NCBI GenBank assembly: GCA_013378375.1
Contig: JACAFT010000001.1
Span: 8,890-72,889, forward strand
DNA: 64,000 bases
Direction: 5' to 3'
DNA from: Nitrososphaerota archaeon
GTDB lineage: Archaea; Thermoproteota; Nitrososphaeria; Nitrososphaerales; UBA57
Positions 35,169 through 45,155 of the stretch are shown here, one piece after another. The number at the start of each line of letters is the position of its first letter. Positions within the stretch are counted from its first letter, which is position 1. The translations under genes were made by a program, and so were the position numbers. A model generated the notes under the pieces. The model had not been told where the DNA came from, ran no database searches, and saw nothing but the letters and a program-made list of their open reading frames with translations.

Positions 35169-35531
35169 TTATTCCTTTTTACCTTTTAATTTGTCAGAAA
35201 GAGAAATCATCTTTCCATCTTTTGATACTGATATTGAGGTTGGAACAGTAATTCTTAATCCTGCATTTCGAAATACTGATAACAACTCTCCACCAGAAAT
35301 TGAATTATTTATTTTACCATTCTTGATTAATTCTATTAATTGATTAACTATGATTTCTGCCTCTTTTGGATAATGAGTTTCAGCAATTTTCAACACTTCA
35401 TCACCGCGATCAACCAATCTTGATAATAGAATATCTTTAGGATCAATTTTCTTATTCTGCTCCTCAATTCTTTTCATTAATTCCTTTATCTTCTTTTGTT
35501 TTAGTATTTCTAATTCTTTATCTTCACTCAT
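35169..35531 (-). CDS. PDCD5/TFAR19-like double-stranded-DNA-binding protein (COG2118)
   Basis: 120 aa with a charged N-terminal helix (ELEILKQKKIKELM). The middle region resembles the PDCD5 core. Confidence 0.6.
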   Translation of the reverse strand: MSEDKELEILKQKKIKELMKRIEEQNKKIDPKDILLSRLVDRGDEVLKIAETHYPKEAEIIVNQLIELIKNGKINNSISGGELLSVFRNAGLRITVPTSISVSKDGKMISLSDKLKGKKE

Positions 35532-35619
35532 TCTTGGTATATAATAGAAAATATCTAATATATAATAATTGGTAAAAATAATGTTTAAATGCAGTAAGTA
35601 GACAGTAACGTTTACTTAA

Positions 35620-36561
35620 TTGAATTTAGATAAAAAAATTCTTATTTGTGATCAAATAGAATCAGAAGGCGTCAATTTATTGCTAGAATCTGGGTTTAAT
35701 GTTGTTGAAAAACCCACAATTACCTATGATGAACTTCTTGAAGAAATTAAAGATGTTCATGTTGTAGTTGTTCGCAGTCGAACAAAAATTACTGACTCTG
35801 TTATAAATAACGGAAAAAATCTTCAATTAATCTGTAGACCCGGAACTGGTATTGATAATATCGATACATCTGTTGCAAAAGCTAAGAATATTCCTGTTTT
35901 TAATTCCGTTGAAGCTTCAACTAATGCTGTTGCAGAGTTGACTATTTCTCTTGCAGTTAGTCTTGCACGTTCTATTCCATTGGCTGATCATGCATTGAAG
36001 AATGGTAAATGGCTGAAAAATTCTCTCCTTGGTAGTGAATTACGTGGTAAGATCTTTGGTATTATTGGCCTTGGTCGTATTGGTAGAAGAACAGGTATTC
36101 TTGCATCTGCTCTTGAAATGAAAGTTATTGGATTTGAAAAAGAAACTGTTGATCCAGAGTATCTTGACAAATACAATATAAATCAAGTTGAACTTAATGA
36201 ATTATTATCTAATTCTGATTTTATTAGTTTACATCTTCCAGCTACTGACGAAACAATACATATGATAGGAAAAGAACAATTTGAATTGATGAAAGATACT
36301 GCATTTATTATTAACACTGCTCGCGGTCAATTAATTGTTGAATCTGATTTATTTGACGCTCTTTCTAATTCTAAAATTGCTGGGGCTGCTTTGGATGTTT
36401 TTGAAACTGAACCTCCTACTAATTCTGAATTGATTAATTTAAAAAACCTAATTGTAACTCCTCATATTGGAGCACAGATTATTGAAGCTCAAAAAGATGC
36501 ATCTATCGTTATAGCACAAAAAATCATTAATTTCTATTCTGACTCTAAATCTAAGGAATAA
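35620..36561 (+). CDS. serA: D-isomer-specific 2-hydroxyacid dehydrogenase (D-3-phosphoglycerate dehydrogenase-like)
   Basis: NAD fold GIIGLGRIGRR, catalytic contexts NTARG and TPHIG. 313 aa. TTG start. Confidence 0.8.
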   Translation: MNLDKKILICDQIESEGVNLLLESGFNVVEKPTITYDELLEEIKDVHVVVVRSRTKITDSVINNGKNLQLICRPGTGIDNIDTSVAKAKNIPVFNSVEASTNAVAELTISLAVSLARSIPLADHALKNGKWLKNSLLGSELRGKIFGIIGLGRIGRRTGILASALEMKVIGFEKETVDPEYLDKYNINQVELNELLSNSDFISLHLPATDETIHMIGKEQFELMKDTAFIINTARGQLIVESDLFDALSNSKIAGAALDVFETEPPTNSELINLKNLIVTPHIGAQIIEAQKDASIVIAQKIINFYSDSKSKE

Positions 36562-36570
36562 TGACTTATC

Positions 36571-37404
36571 TTGAGAGAATTAGCTATTGCTATTCCATCA
36601 AATATTCTTGAAGACTGTCAATCATTATCTGATAAAACAAGTAAAATTGGATTAATTGCTCGTGCGATTTCAATTTTTAAAGTTACAAAAATTCACGTTT
36701 ATAAAAATAAAGGCCGTTCTGATAATGAATTTATTTTACTTCTTCTTAGGTATCTCGTTACTCCGCAGTATTTGAGAAAAAATCTTTTTCCAATAAAAAA
36801 AGAACTTAAGTTAGCTGGAACACTCCCTCCTCTTCGTATTCCATCTCATACAGTTAATCGACAATATAATCCTGAAATTGTTGATATTCGAGATGGACTT
36901 TGTACTAAATTTGATAAAAAACTAAAAATGTCAATTATTGATATTGGTTTAGATAGATATGGAATTATAAATGATAATATTCCAATTAATAAAATTATTA
37001 CTGTCAAAATTATTTCTATCTCACATCAAGGAAAGTATTTTCAATTACAAAGAATTAAACCTGTTGATTATTGGGGTTATGATGTTGTTTTTAATAATTC
37101 TCTTAAGGATGTTTTAACTTCTAATGATTACGATATAAAAATTATTACATCTAAATTTGGTGATAATTTTCATTTGTCATCTAAATTAATATTAGATAAA
37201 CTTGATAAAAAATCTCATTCTAGTATCATAATTGCCTTTGGTTCACCAAAAACTGGATTGATGTCTGTATTATCTCGTGAAAAAATTGATAAATCTAATT
37301 TAATTCTTATTAATTTATTTCCTGATCAAGGTGTTGAAACTATAAGAAGCGAAGAAGCTATTCTTGCAGGACTTTCTCTTTTTAATTCCTTATTTACAAG
37401 ATAA
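36571..37404 (+). CDS. SPOUT-superfamily putative RNA methyltransferase (DUF171 / COG2106)
   Basis: N-terminal LAIAIPSNILEDCQSLSDKTSKIGLIARAISIFKV is typical of DUF171 proteins. 277 aa. Confidence 0.65.
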   Translation: MRELAIAIPSNILEDCQSLSDKTSKIGLIARAISIFKVTKIHVYKNKGRSDNEFILLLLRYLVTPQYLRKNLFPIKKELKLAGTLPPLRIPSHTVNRQYNPEIVDIRDGLCTKFDKKLKMSIIDIGLDRYGIINDNIPINKIITVKIISISHQGKYFQLQRIKPVDYWGYDVVFNNSLKDVLTSNDYDIKIITSKFGDNFHLSSKLILDKLDKKSHSSIIIAFGSPKTGLMSVLSREKIDKSNLILINLFPDQGVETIRSEEAILAGLSLFNSLFTR

Positions 37405-37406
37405 TC

Positions 37407-37619
37407 TTACAAAGTTTCATCAAATAATTCTAATCTTTTTCTTGACAAAAAAAATCCAATTATTGAGAATATTATTGCAAAAATTATTAACCTAACATTC
37501 ATAAATATTTGGAAGTCCGAATCTATTACAAAGTATATAATTCCTGTTATCATAATTAGTGAAATAATTGTTGATGCAAGATCGATATATCTGATTTTTT
37601 CCTTTATATTCATAATCAT
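37407..37619 (-). CDS. small membrane protein (2 predicted TM helices)
   Basis: 70 aa with two hydrophobic stretches. It overlaps the upstream gene by 4 nt, which suggests co-translation in an operon. Confidence 0.5.
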   Translation of the reverse strand: MIMNIKEKIRYIDLASTIISLIMITGIIYFVIDSDFQIFMNVRLIIFAIIFSIIGFFLSRKRLELFDETL

Positions 37620-37996
37620 TCTTCACTCAATATTTCTATTATTAAAATTTCTCCAGATTTTATATTATTTAATTTGTTAATATTTTTAGTAATTTTTCCA
37701 ATTATTGTCATTTTAGTTTTTATTCGTGTATCTTTTTTAAATAAACAAATTGAGCCATTTGACGCATAAAATGCAATATCTCCTGTTTTAAAGTCTGTTT
37801 TTGGTTTTTGTAATCCTGCAATTATGCCTAATGGGCTGTAAACAAATATATCTTGAACTTTTGCTATTGGACCACTTAATTTTTTTTTCATTAATATTTG
37901 ATTAACTATGACTGGTGCCAAGTGTTTTGATATTTCTCCATATAATTCAGAAGTTCCTATAGTGATCTTGACGTTATTTCTTGTTATTGAATTCAT
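37616..37996 (-). CDS. cyclophilin-like superfamily protein (PF04126/COG2164-like)
   Basis: GDIAFYASNGSICLFKKDT...IIGKITKNINKLNNIKSGEILII parallels the TM1367-type cyclophilin-like proteins as I recall them. Confidence 0.6.
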   Translation of the reverse strand: MNSITRNNVKITIGTSELYGEISKHLAPVIVNQILMKKKLSGPIAKVQDIFVYSPLGIIAGLQKPKTDFKTGDIAFYASNGSICLFKKDTRIKTKMTIIGKITKNINKLNNIKSGEILIIEILSEE

Positions 37997-38129
37997 AATG
38001 ATATATTTTGATATGATTTTTAATATTTATAATATATTGTAATATATAGAAAAATTTATTATGTTATAAGATATAAAATAGTGAGAATTAACGGTTGCAT
38101 AAAACTTTAGTAAATTATTAGGTTATAAC

Positions 38130-38381
38130 ATGACAAAACAAGAATTTAAGGTTGAAATTGGTCCATCTCATCTTACAAGATTTGAACGGGCAAAAATTAT
38201 AGGTTCTCGAGCCTTACAACTATCTTTTGGCGCACCTCCATTTATTAAAGTCCCTTCTTCAGTTAATGATCCTATAAAATTGGCAATTAAAGAACTTGAT
38301 GCTGCTGCTCTTCCGTTGACTATACGACGCTCATATCCTGATGGAACTTCTCAAAATGTTCCACTTGAAGCATTATTGTAA
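38130..38381 (+). CDS. rpoK: DNA-directed RNA polymerase subunit K (Rpo6)
   Basis: LTRFERAKIIGSRALQLSFGAPPFI is the RpoK/RPB6 signature. 83 aa. Confidence 0.92.
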   Translation: MTKQEFKVEIGPSHLTRFERAKIIGSRALQLSFGAPPFIKVPSSVNDPIKLAIKELDAAALPLTIRRSYPDGTSQNVPLEALL

Positions 38382-38385
38382 TTTA

Positions 38386-38613
38386 TTATACTCCGATTAA
38401 TGTTATTGTTGATTTTACACTTCTGATTCTTCTAATTTTCCAAGTAATTATATCTTTAACTTTTTCCATTGTGTCTGATTTAACAATTACAACAAAATCA
38501 TATCTGCCATATACTGAAGCTACTTCTACTATTCCATCTAGTTTATTGACTTCTTCTATAAATTCTTCTTCAACATCTGGTTCTGTATTGATTAAAATGT
38601 ATGCTTTAGGCAT
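38386..38613 (-). CDS. stand-alone Lrp/AsnC ligand-binding (RAM) domain protein
   Basis: 75 aa. The pattern AYILINTEP....EFIEEVNKLDGIVEVASVYGRYDFVVIV is typical of RAM domains. Confidence 0.7.
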   Translation of the reverse strand: MPKAYILINTEPDVEEEFIEEVNKLDGIVEVASVYGRYDFVVIVKSDTMEKVKDIITWKIRRIRSVKSTITLIGV

Positions 38614-38742
38614 ATTCTATCACAAAATCCGTATACTAGTATTCTATATAAATTCCTGTATTATTACATAAGAACGCAGAGAACTAAATTGATATCTAAC
38701 ACTATGTTTAAATAAGAATTTTTTGATAAACAATCTACAAAA

Positions 38743-39168
38743 ATGTCTGATATTAATACAAACGATAATGAACATATTGGATCTAATCCTGAAGAAATAT
38801 CTTCTGAAAACTCCACTCCCGATACTGTTGTGACAGAAAGTAGTCCGCCTTCTGTTAATACTGTTGTGCCAGAAAGTAGTCCACCTTCTGTTAATCCACG
38901 ACCTGAAAATCATATTTATGTTGGTAAAAAACCTGTAATGAGCTATGCAATGTCTGGTCTTATACAACTTGGTCATTCTGGTGAAATAGTTGTTAAAGGC
39001 AGAGGAATGGTTATTTCTCGTGCAGTTGATGTAGCTCAAATAATTACTGAAAGACTTAGTAAAGGAAAATATTCAACAAAAAGCATAGCAATCGATACTG
39101 AGATTCTCGGCGAAGGTGATGAAAAACGCAATGTCTCGACTATTGAAATCGTAATTGGAACTAAATAA
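38743..39168 (+). CDS. albA: Alba DNA/RNA-binding protein with an N-terminal repeat extension of about 48 aa
   Basis: The core NHIYVGKKPVMSYAMSGLIQL...EIVVKGRGMVISRAVDVAQII matches Alba. The N-terminus contains the duplicated 12-aa unit TVV(T/P)ESSPPSVN. Confidence 0.9.
   Translation: MSDINTNDNEHIGSNPEEISSENSTPDTVVTESSPPSVNTVVPESSPPSVNPRPENHIYVGKKPVMSYAMSGLIQLGHSGEIVVKGRGMVISRAVDVAQIITERLSKGKYSTKSIAIDTEILGEGDEKRNVSTIEIVIGTK
38824..38895 (+). repeat. 2 x 36-nt in-frame tandem repeat inside the Alba N-terminal extension
   Basis: ACTGTTGTGACAGAAAGTAGTCCGCCTTCTGTTAAT (38824-38859) is followed by ACTGTTGTGCCAGAAAGTAGTCCACCTTCTGTTAAT (38860-38895). There are 2 mismatches. Confidence 0.9.
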
Positions 39169-39176
39169 TATAAAAA

Positions 39177-40499
39177 TTGTCTAATACAAATATTCAAAAA
39201 ATTTCAAAATTCAATAATATACAATCTGAATTATCAGATTTTGAAATTAAACGTATTGCATCAAAATTTGGAACTCCTGTATATGTAATCGAAGAAAATA
39301 TTCTTAGAAATAATGTAGAAGTTTTGAGAAAATCTTTTAATAATTATACTGGAAAAACTGCAATTTCTTATTCTTTCAAATCAAATTTTAATCCATCATT
39401 AATTCAAATTTTTATTGAAGAAGGTCTTGTCTTTGATTTAACTTCTATTGGAGAAATATATTTCTTTCTTAAATGTGGAGGTGATGTTGATAATATAATT
39501 TATACTAGTGTTACTGAAGAAAAATCTGAATATGTTGAGGTTTTGAAGAATGGAATCAATAAAATTGTTATTGGATCATTTAATGGCTATGTAAATCTTA
39601 ATGAAGCTGCAAAATCTCTCAACGTTACAGTTGATGTATTAGTTAGAATAAATCCTGAAATATATGTTAATGCTGACATCAGTGCATCATTCAAAAATGG
39701 TAAATTTGGCGTACCTATGGACGGATCTACTAATGATAATGCAAAATTTATCATTCATCAAATTTATGACTCTAACAATCTAATTTTTAATGGAATACAT
39801 TTCCATTTAGGAACTCAAATTATTGACCCTTCTTGTTTTATTAATACCATTGATTTACTTAATACTTTTATCGGCGAATTAAAAAATGAAATCTCTGATT
39901 TTTCAATAAATATTCTTGATATTGGTGGTGGTATGCCTGTTGAATACACTGAATCTGTTCCTTCCCCTGAATATATTGGGGCTCTTATTACCGACAAACT
40001 TAATCAATTTATTAAAAAAATTAATTACACGCCAACTTTAATTGTTGAAAGTGGAAGGTTTCTTTCTGCTGAATCTTCGATATTAATTTCTAAAATTGTA
40101 AATAAAAAAACATTTTCTGATGGGAATTTCTTAATTATAGATTCTGGTTATCATTTACTTTTGGATTCTGCTTTAATGAAACATAAATATCCAATTGATA
40201 TAATTTCTAAATCTAATTCAATTAGTTATGGAGACGTTTCTATTGGCGGCCGATTGTGTGATTCATTGGACGTTTTTCAACTTCCTGTTGACGCTGATTT
40301 TCCACATACTGAAATAAATGATCTAGTTGTTTTTAGAAATGTTGGTGCTTATTCTATTGTTTTTAATATGCCATTTCATTGTCAAACTAAACCTGTGATT
40401 CTATTACATCGAAAGAATAAATCTATGGAAATAATACGAAATGCAGAAAAAATTGAAGATTTATTTAGACAAGAGGGTGGCGATATTATTATTAAATGA
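39177..40499 (+). CDS. PLP-dependent group IV decarboxylase (diaminopimelate/ornithine/arginine decarboxylase family)
   Basis: FGTPVYVIEE, the PLP-lysine context ISYSFKSNFNP, DIGGGMP and GAYS near the C-terminus. Diaminopimelate decarboxylase is the most likely assignment, but I cannot establish the substrate. Confidence 0.8.
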   Translation: MSNTNIQKISKFNNIQSELSDFEIKRIASKFGTPVYVIEENILRNNVEVLRKSFNNYTGKTAISYSFKSNFNPSLIQIFIEEGLVFDLTSIGEIYFFLKCGGDVDNIIYTSVTEEKSEYVEVLKNGINKIVIGSFNGYVNLNEAAKSLNVTVDVLVRINPEIYVNADISASFKNGKFGVPMDGSTNDNAKFIIHQIYDSNNLIFNGIHFHLGTQIIDPSCFINTIDLLNTFIGELKNEISDFSINILDIGGGMPVEYTESVPSPEYIGALITDKLNQFIKKINYTPTLIVESGRFLSAESSILISKIVNKKTFSDGNFLIIDSGYHLLLDSALMKHKYPIDIISKSNSISYGDVSIGGRLCDSLDVFQLPVDADFPHTEINDLVVFRNVGAYSIVFNMPFHCQTKPVILLHRKNKSMEIIRNAEKIEDLFRQEGGDIIIK

Positions 40500-41049
40500 T
40501 AAATATTTCTCCAGTCTTTAATTCGAAATTTTGAATATTTTCCTTTGTATTTATACCAAAAATTACTGATATTGCTCTAATTGTATTTCCATGCGAGATT
40601 ACTAAAATATTCTCATCATTAGTATGTTGTTTATCAATCATTTCGGTCCATTCTTTTACTCTATTTGCGGTATCTTCTAATGATTCTCCTCCTTCAGGTG
40701 GTTCGTCCCAACCTCTTCTTACGGCCTGAAATTCTTTTTCTCCAATGTCTTTTTTGACTTCATCTTTATTTTTTCCAGCCCAATTTCCATAATTTCTTTC
40801 ATTTAATAGTGGATTTGATATTATTTCTTTAGGTGAATTTGGATGATTTTTAATAATTATTTCTGCTGTTTGTTTTGCTCTCATTAATGAACTAGAATAT
40901 ACCACGTCAATATGATATTGTTGCAATTTTATTGCTGTTTCTTCTGCTTGATTCTTTCCTAATTCTGATAATGGAGGGTCTCTCCATCCCGTAAATTTAT
41001 TTGCTAAGTTGTACGTTGATTGCCCGTGCCTTACTAGTAATAATTTCAT
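40492..41049 (-). CDS. histidine phosphatase family protein (phosphoglycerate-mutase-like)
   Basis: The catalytic LVRHGQSTYN motif and a later SHGNTIRA motif. 185 aa. Confidence 0.8.
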   Translation of the reverse strand: MKLLLVRHGQSTYNLANKFTGWRDPPLSELGKNQAEETAIKLQQYHIDVVYSSSLMRAKQTAEIIIKNHPNSPKEIISNPLLNERNYGNWAGKNKDEVKKDIGEKEFQAVRRGWDEPPEGGESLEDTANRVKEWTEMIDKQHTNDENILVISHGNTIRAISVIFGINTKENIQNFELKTGEIFII

Positions 41050-41131
41050 TATATTGTTTCGAATTATTTTGACTTATAACTTTATTGATTATATTAAAAA
41101 CCTATAAACTGTAGATGTTTAATGAGTATAA

Positions 41132-42070
41132 TTGAAAGAATTACGTAAGGATTATTTTCTTGAAGAATTTGTTTTAGTGAGTCCTGACGACGATGTTGAT
41201 CGATATTTTTCTACAAATAATAAATCTTCAGATGATTCTTGTTCTATTTGTAAATTAGATACTTCTGATAATATCATAAAAACTGAAGTTCTTTCTTTTT
41301 TCGAGCTTGAAACTTCTCATATTGATGCTAAAAATGTTTCAAATATTGAACAAAAAACTCAAAAAACCATCTATATTGCTGATAAGAGTCATAAAAAAAT
41401 TAATAAACTTAGTATTTCTAAATTATTCAAATTATTAAAAACAACTCAATCTGTTTATACTGATATGATTTCTACTGATATGAAAAATTTACAAATTATT
41501 ATTAATTCTGGTCAATATGCTGGTGGAAATTCTGTCCACAATGGTATTGAAATTTCTAATTTTCCAATTCCTCCTCCTGTACTTGTTGATGAAATTAATT
41601 CGTCTAAACAAACTTTATTGGATTTGGGAATTTGTCCAATGTGTCGTATTATAAATCTTGAAACTGGCGGTCCTAGACAAATTATTTCTACAGTCAACTT
41701 TTTTGCTTTTTGTCCGTGGACATCTACTTATTCTTTTGAATTTTGGATATATCCTAAATCTCATCAATCATCATTTTCTTCATTAAATGTTCAAGAATTA
41801 GAGGATCTTGCACAAATTCTTCGTTCTACTTTGGGTGGAATGGATAATATTTTAAAAAATCCTTCATATAGTCTTGTATTTCATAATTCACTAAATGAGC
41901 CAGATGGAGAATTACATTGGCATATTGAAATATATCCAAAATTAATTCCTAAAAATGGGTTTGAAAATGGTTTTGGCCTATATGTAAATACTATTTCTCC
42001 TGAGAAAAGCGCTGAAATTCTTGGGAAAGCTTCTAGAAAAGAACTTGCTAGTCTTGTTGGCGTAATTTAA
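41132..42070 (+). CDS. GalT-type HIT-superfamily nucleotidyltransferase (galactose-1-phosphate uridylyltransferase / ADP-glucose phosphorylase-like)
   Basis: CSIC and CPMC zinc-site cysteines and the C-terminal HWHIEIYPK (HxHxQ-like) motif. Confidence 0.7.
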   Translation: MKELRKDYFLEEFVLVSPDDDVDRYFSTNNKSSDDSCSICKLDTSDNIIKTEVLSFFELETSHIDAKNVSNIEQKTQKTIYIADKSHKKINKLSISKLFKLLKTTQSVYTDMISTDMKNLQIIINSGQYAGGNSVHNGIEISNFPIPPPVLVDEINSSKQTLLDLGICPMCRIINLETGGPRQIISTVNFFAFCPWTSTYSFEFWIYPKSHQSSFSSLNVQELEDLAQILRSTLGGMDNILKNPSYSLVFHNSLNEPDGELHWHIEIYPKLIPKNGFENGFGLYVNTISPEKSAEILGKASRKELASLVGVI

Positions 42071-43143
42071 TATATGTTGGAAAATCGTTTTTTTAATAAT
42101 TTTTTTATTTCGTCAATATTTGGAGTAGGGGTTGGATCTATATTTTTTAATATTGCTAAATATAGTGAAACATAATCTAGTAAATATATCATGTTTATAA
42201 TTCTTCCTAGCTTTGTTTTTCCCTCAGTGAATATTTCTAGTGGTGTTATGTCCATTTTAATTAATAATTGACTTAATGAGTCAAATCTTTCTTTTTGTTC
42301 AGGACTTTCATTATCATCTCTTAAAAAGATTGATGTGATTTTATTATCGGGATTTTTCCCCCATGATTGTATTTCATTATGACAAAGTTCAGGTAGTAAA
42401 ATATGTTGTGCTCGTATCTTTGAATTTTCATTTAATGATGCTTTAAATCTATATCCTGGTGCGTATAAGGTTTGACCTGAATATATTGTTGGAGGGTTGT
42501 CTAATTCTAATATATCATTAGCAATTTGTTTTGCAATATTTTTTTCATATTCGATTTCTTTATTTATTTTTTTACTTTTTATTTCTAGTAAATTCATCAT
42601 GTCTTTAAATTCATTTTTAGGAGATTTAATTAATTTTAAATTTGCAAGTAAGTTCACTGCTGGTAATAATGCGTATAATAAACTTGCTCTTGGCATTAAT
42701 GCTAATTGTACTTTTGTATGTGGTATGTTGTATTTTTTACTAATTTCTTCTAGTGTTCCTCCAGCAGAAATTGTTGCTACTGTTGCATTTTTTTTAATTT
42801 TTGCTTCAATACAAGCTGATATTGTTTCTCGTGTTTCTCCTGAAATCGATGCGCCTATTACTAGTGTTGATTTATTAACATATCCTGGTAATTGATAATC
42901 TTTTAGAACTTCAAATGGTATTTGCAAGTCTTCTCTTAACCAACTTTGTATTATGTCTCCTGATGTTGCAGAGCCTCCCATTCCAATAAATATTATTTTG
43001 TCGATATCATTATTTGTTGGTAAATTAGGCATAATATTGATTGCTTTTTTTGCATATTCTGGCCAATTTTCATATTGTTTGAATAATCCCGATTTATCTA
43101 TTCTTTTAATGTTACTTACATCGAGTTCATTTTTATATTTCAA
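42067..43143 (-). CDS. bifunctional phosphoglucose/phosphomannose isomerase (SIS domain)
   Basis: IFIGMGGSATSGDI, GASISGETRET, and the 358-aa length typical of the archaeal PGI/PMI family. Confidence 0.8.
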   Translation of the reverse strand: MKYKNELDVSNIKRIDKSGLFKQYENWPEYAKKAINIMPNLPTNNDIDKIIFIGMGGSATSGDIIQSWLREDLQIPFEVLKDYQLPGYVNKSTLVIGASISGETRETISACIEAKIKKNATVATISAGGTLEEISKKYNIPHTKVQLALMPRASLLYALLPAVNLLANLKLIKSPKNEFKDMMNLLEIKSKKINKEIEYEKNIAKQIANDILELDNPPTIYSGQTLYAPGYRFKASLNENSKIRAQHILLPELCHNEIQSWGKNPDNKITSIFLRDDNESPEQKERFDSLSQLLIKMDITPLEIFTEGKTKLGRIINMIYLLDYVSLYLAILKNIDPTPTPNIDEIKKLLKKRFSNIY

Positions 43144-44417
43144 ATATTAATTACTCCTTTTTTTACTTTCATATATTTTCTTTCCTTATTTGTCATTTTG
43201 AATAAATCTCTTAATAGTTTTCTATCATGGTTTGTTTGAGAAATATTTCTACGTTTCATTACTCTTGATTGTGTTAAGATAATTTTATTAATTTTTGATT
43301 CTACTAGATCTTTTTTCTTTAAATTATTATATATTGTAAACGCTGGAATATTTTCTGACGTGTAACCATATAATTGTGAACATGGACCAATATTAATTCC
43401 GGTAAAAATTAATGATCCGATTGAAGTTTTTACATTATCGCCTATCATGCATCCATATTTAATTTCATTTGTAAGTATTTTTTTTCTACCGATATTGATT
43501 TTAATTTTTCCATATGTATTTTTTAAATTTGAATTAGTTGTTAATGCACCGATATTAACCCAAGATCCTATTATTGAATGACCTATATATCCCAAATGTG
43601 CTTTATTTGTATATTCATGTATTATTGAACTTTCTATTTCACCGCCAATTATACAATTATTTCCAATACTTGTTTTGGAGTATATTCGTGCGCCATTGAT
43701 TTTAGTATTTTTACCAATGTAAGTTGGACCCATAATAAAAGAAAATGGTTCAATTAATGCACCATCATCGATAATTATTGGTCCTTTATTTGTATCAAAA
43801 AATATTTTATTTTTATCTAGAAGGTTTGCTTTTTTTGAAATCCATAATTTTTTATTGTTAGTAGCTGATTTATTTATTTTTTGATTTGGTATTTTATTTA
43901 ATAATTTAAATTGATTGTTAATCGCTTTAGATGATTCTTTTAATAATTCCCATGGAAACTTAATTAGTGCTGATTTATCAATACTTTTAATTGGATATTT
44001 TTTTATTCTTAAAATTTTATTGATAATCTTAAAAGATTCTAATTCTTGCATATCATTAATAATTGACGTTGGTATTTTTGCACACACTAATTTATTGTTT
44101 GATTTTGCTATAAATTTTCCTTTATTTTTGAATAATTTATAAATATTTTGATTATTTGGATTGATTAGTGAATTAACTATATAGATATCACCGTCTGATT
44201 TTATTTTATTTATTGATGCATTGGGGAATATTTTTTTTGATTTTTCAATTAGATGTTTTCTTACAAATAAATCTGTATTTTTAGATTGTAATTTATTATT
44301 TATTTCATTATATAGACTATTCTTTCCAAATTGTAATTCCATTGAAGTTTTTGTAAGTGTAATTGGATTAAAGTTATCTACCAATTTGTCTTCAATTAAT
44401 AATATATTATCTTGCAT
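43140..44417 (-). CDS. left-handed beta-helix (LbH) sugar-phosphate nucleotidyltransferase/acyltransferase-like protein
   Basis: C-terminal hexapeptide repeats (IGKNTKINGARIYSKTSIGNNCIIGGEIESSII...IGSWVNIGALT). It overlaps both flanking genes, which indicates an operon. Confidence 0.65.
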   Translation of the reverse strand: MQDNILLIEDKLVDNFNPITLTKTSMELQFGKNSLYNEINNKLQSKNTDLFVRKHLIEKSKKIFPNASINKIKSDGDIYIVNSLINPNNQNIYKLFKNKGKFIAKSNNKLVCAKIPTSIINDMQELESFKIINKILRIKKYPIKSIDKSALIKFPWELLKESSKAINNQFKLLNKIPNQKINKSATNNKKLWISKKANLLDKNKIFFDTNKGPIIIDDGALIEPFSFIMGPTYIGKNTKINGARIYSKTSIGNNCIIGGEIESSIIHEYTNKAHLGYIGHSIIGSWVNIGALTTNSNLKNTYGKIKINIGRKKILTNEIKYGCMIGDNVKTSIGSLIFTGINIGPCSQLYGYTSENIPAFTIYNNLKKKDLVESKINKIILTQSRVMKRRNISQTNHDRKLLRDLFKMTNKERKYMKVKKGVINI

Positions 44418-45111
44418 TTTTTTTCACTTTACTAAATTCTCTAAAACTTTTTTCATAGGATTCTTTATCGCCTAAATCTAATATATTCCCATTCACTTTA
44501 TACCCAAATATTTTATTTTTATCTTTTTGACATTTCTTAAATGATTTGTCCATATCATATACTTTGTTTTTTGGTATATATTTGAAAAAATCTTTATTCA
44601 TTATATAACAACCTGTATTGATTAATCCATTAATTTTTGGTTTTTCTTTCCAGGATCTAATCGATTTGTCTTTATTTATTTCAATCATTCCATATTTTAA
44701 TTGTGTTTCATATTCAGTTAATATCATTGTAACTATGGATTTATTTTTTTTATGAAATTTTATTGCATTATTTATATTAAAATAAAATATTGAATCACTG
44801 TATAAACATAAAAATGAACCTTTTAAATATTTTTCTGCATTTTTTAATTGTCCTGCTGTTCCTAGGGGCTTTTTTGATTTTACATATTTAATTTTTACAT
44901 TATATTTTTTCCCATTGCCATAATAATTTTCAATAGTTTCGTTCATATATGAAGAACTAATAATTATTTCATTGATGTTTTGTTTTTTAATCCAATTAAT
45001 AACATGACCTATTATTGGCTTATCACCAAGTGGAAGCATTGGTTTTGGTAAAAATAGAGTATATGGCCTTACTCTCTTACCGAGCCCTCCTGCAAGAATT
45101 ACTGCTTTCAT
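44407..45111 (-). CDS. sugar-1-phosphate nucleotidyltransferase
   Basis: N-terminal MKAVILAGGLGKRVRPYTLFLPKPMLP is the canonical NTP-transferase signature. Confidence 0.88.
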   Translation of the reverse strand: MKAVILAGGLGKRVRPYTLFLPKPMLPLGDKPIIGHVINWIKKQNINEIIISSSYMNETIENYYGNGKKYNVKIKYVKSKKPLGTAGQLKNAEKYLKGSFLCLYSDSIFYFNINNAIKFHKKNKSIVTMILTEYETQLKYGMIEINKDKSIRSWKEKPKINGLINTGCYIMNKDFFKYIPKNKVYDMDKSFKKCQKDKNKIFGYKVNGNILDLGDKESYEKSFREFSKVKKNAR

Positions 45112-45155
45112 ATTAACACTTTATTTTATTTTGATTTAAAAATGCTAATAAGTTT

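Noticed and set aside
38644-39039. 131-aa ORF antisense to the Alba gene and its upstream region
   Set aside because: The translation is Arg/Phe/Asn-rich, low in complexity, and mirrors the repeat. The Alba frame on the plus strand has an unmistakable conserved core.
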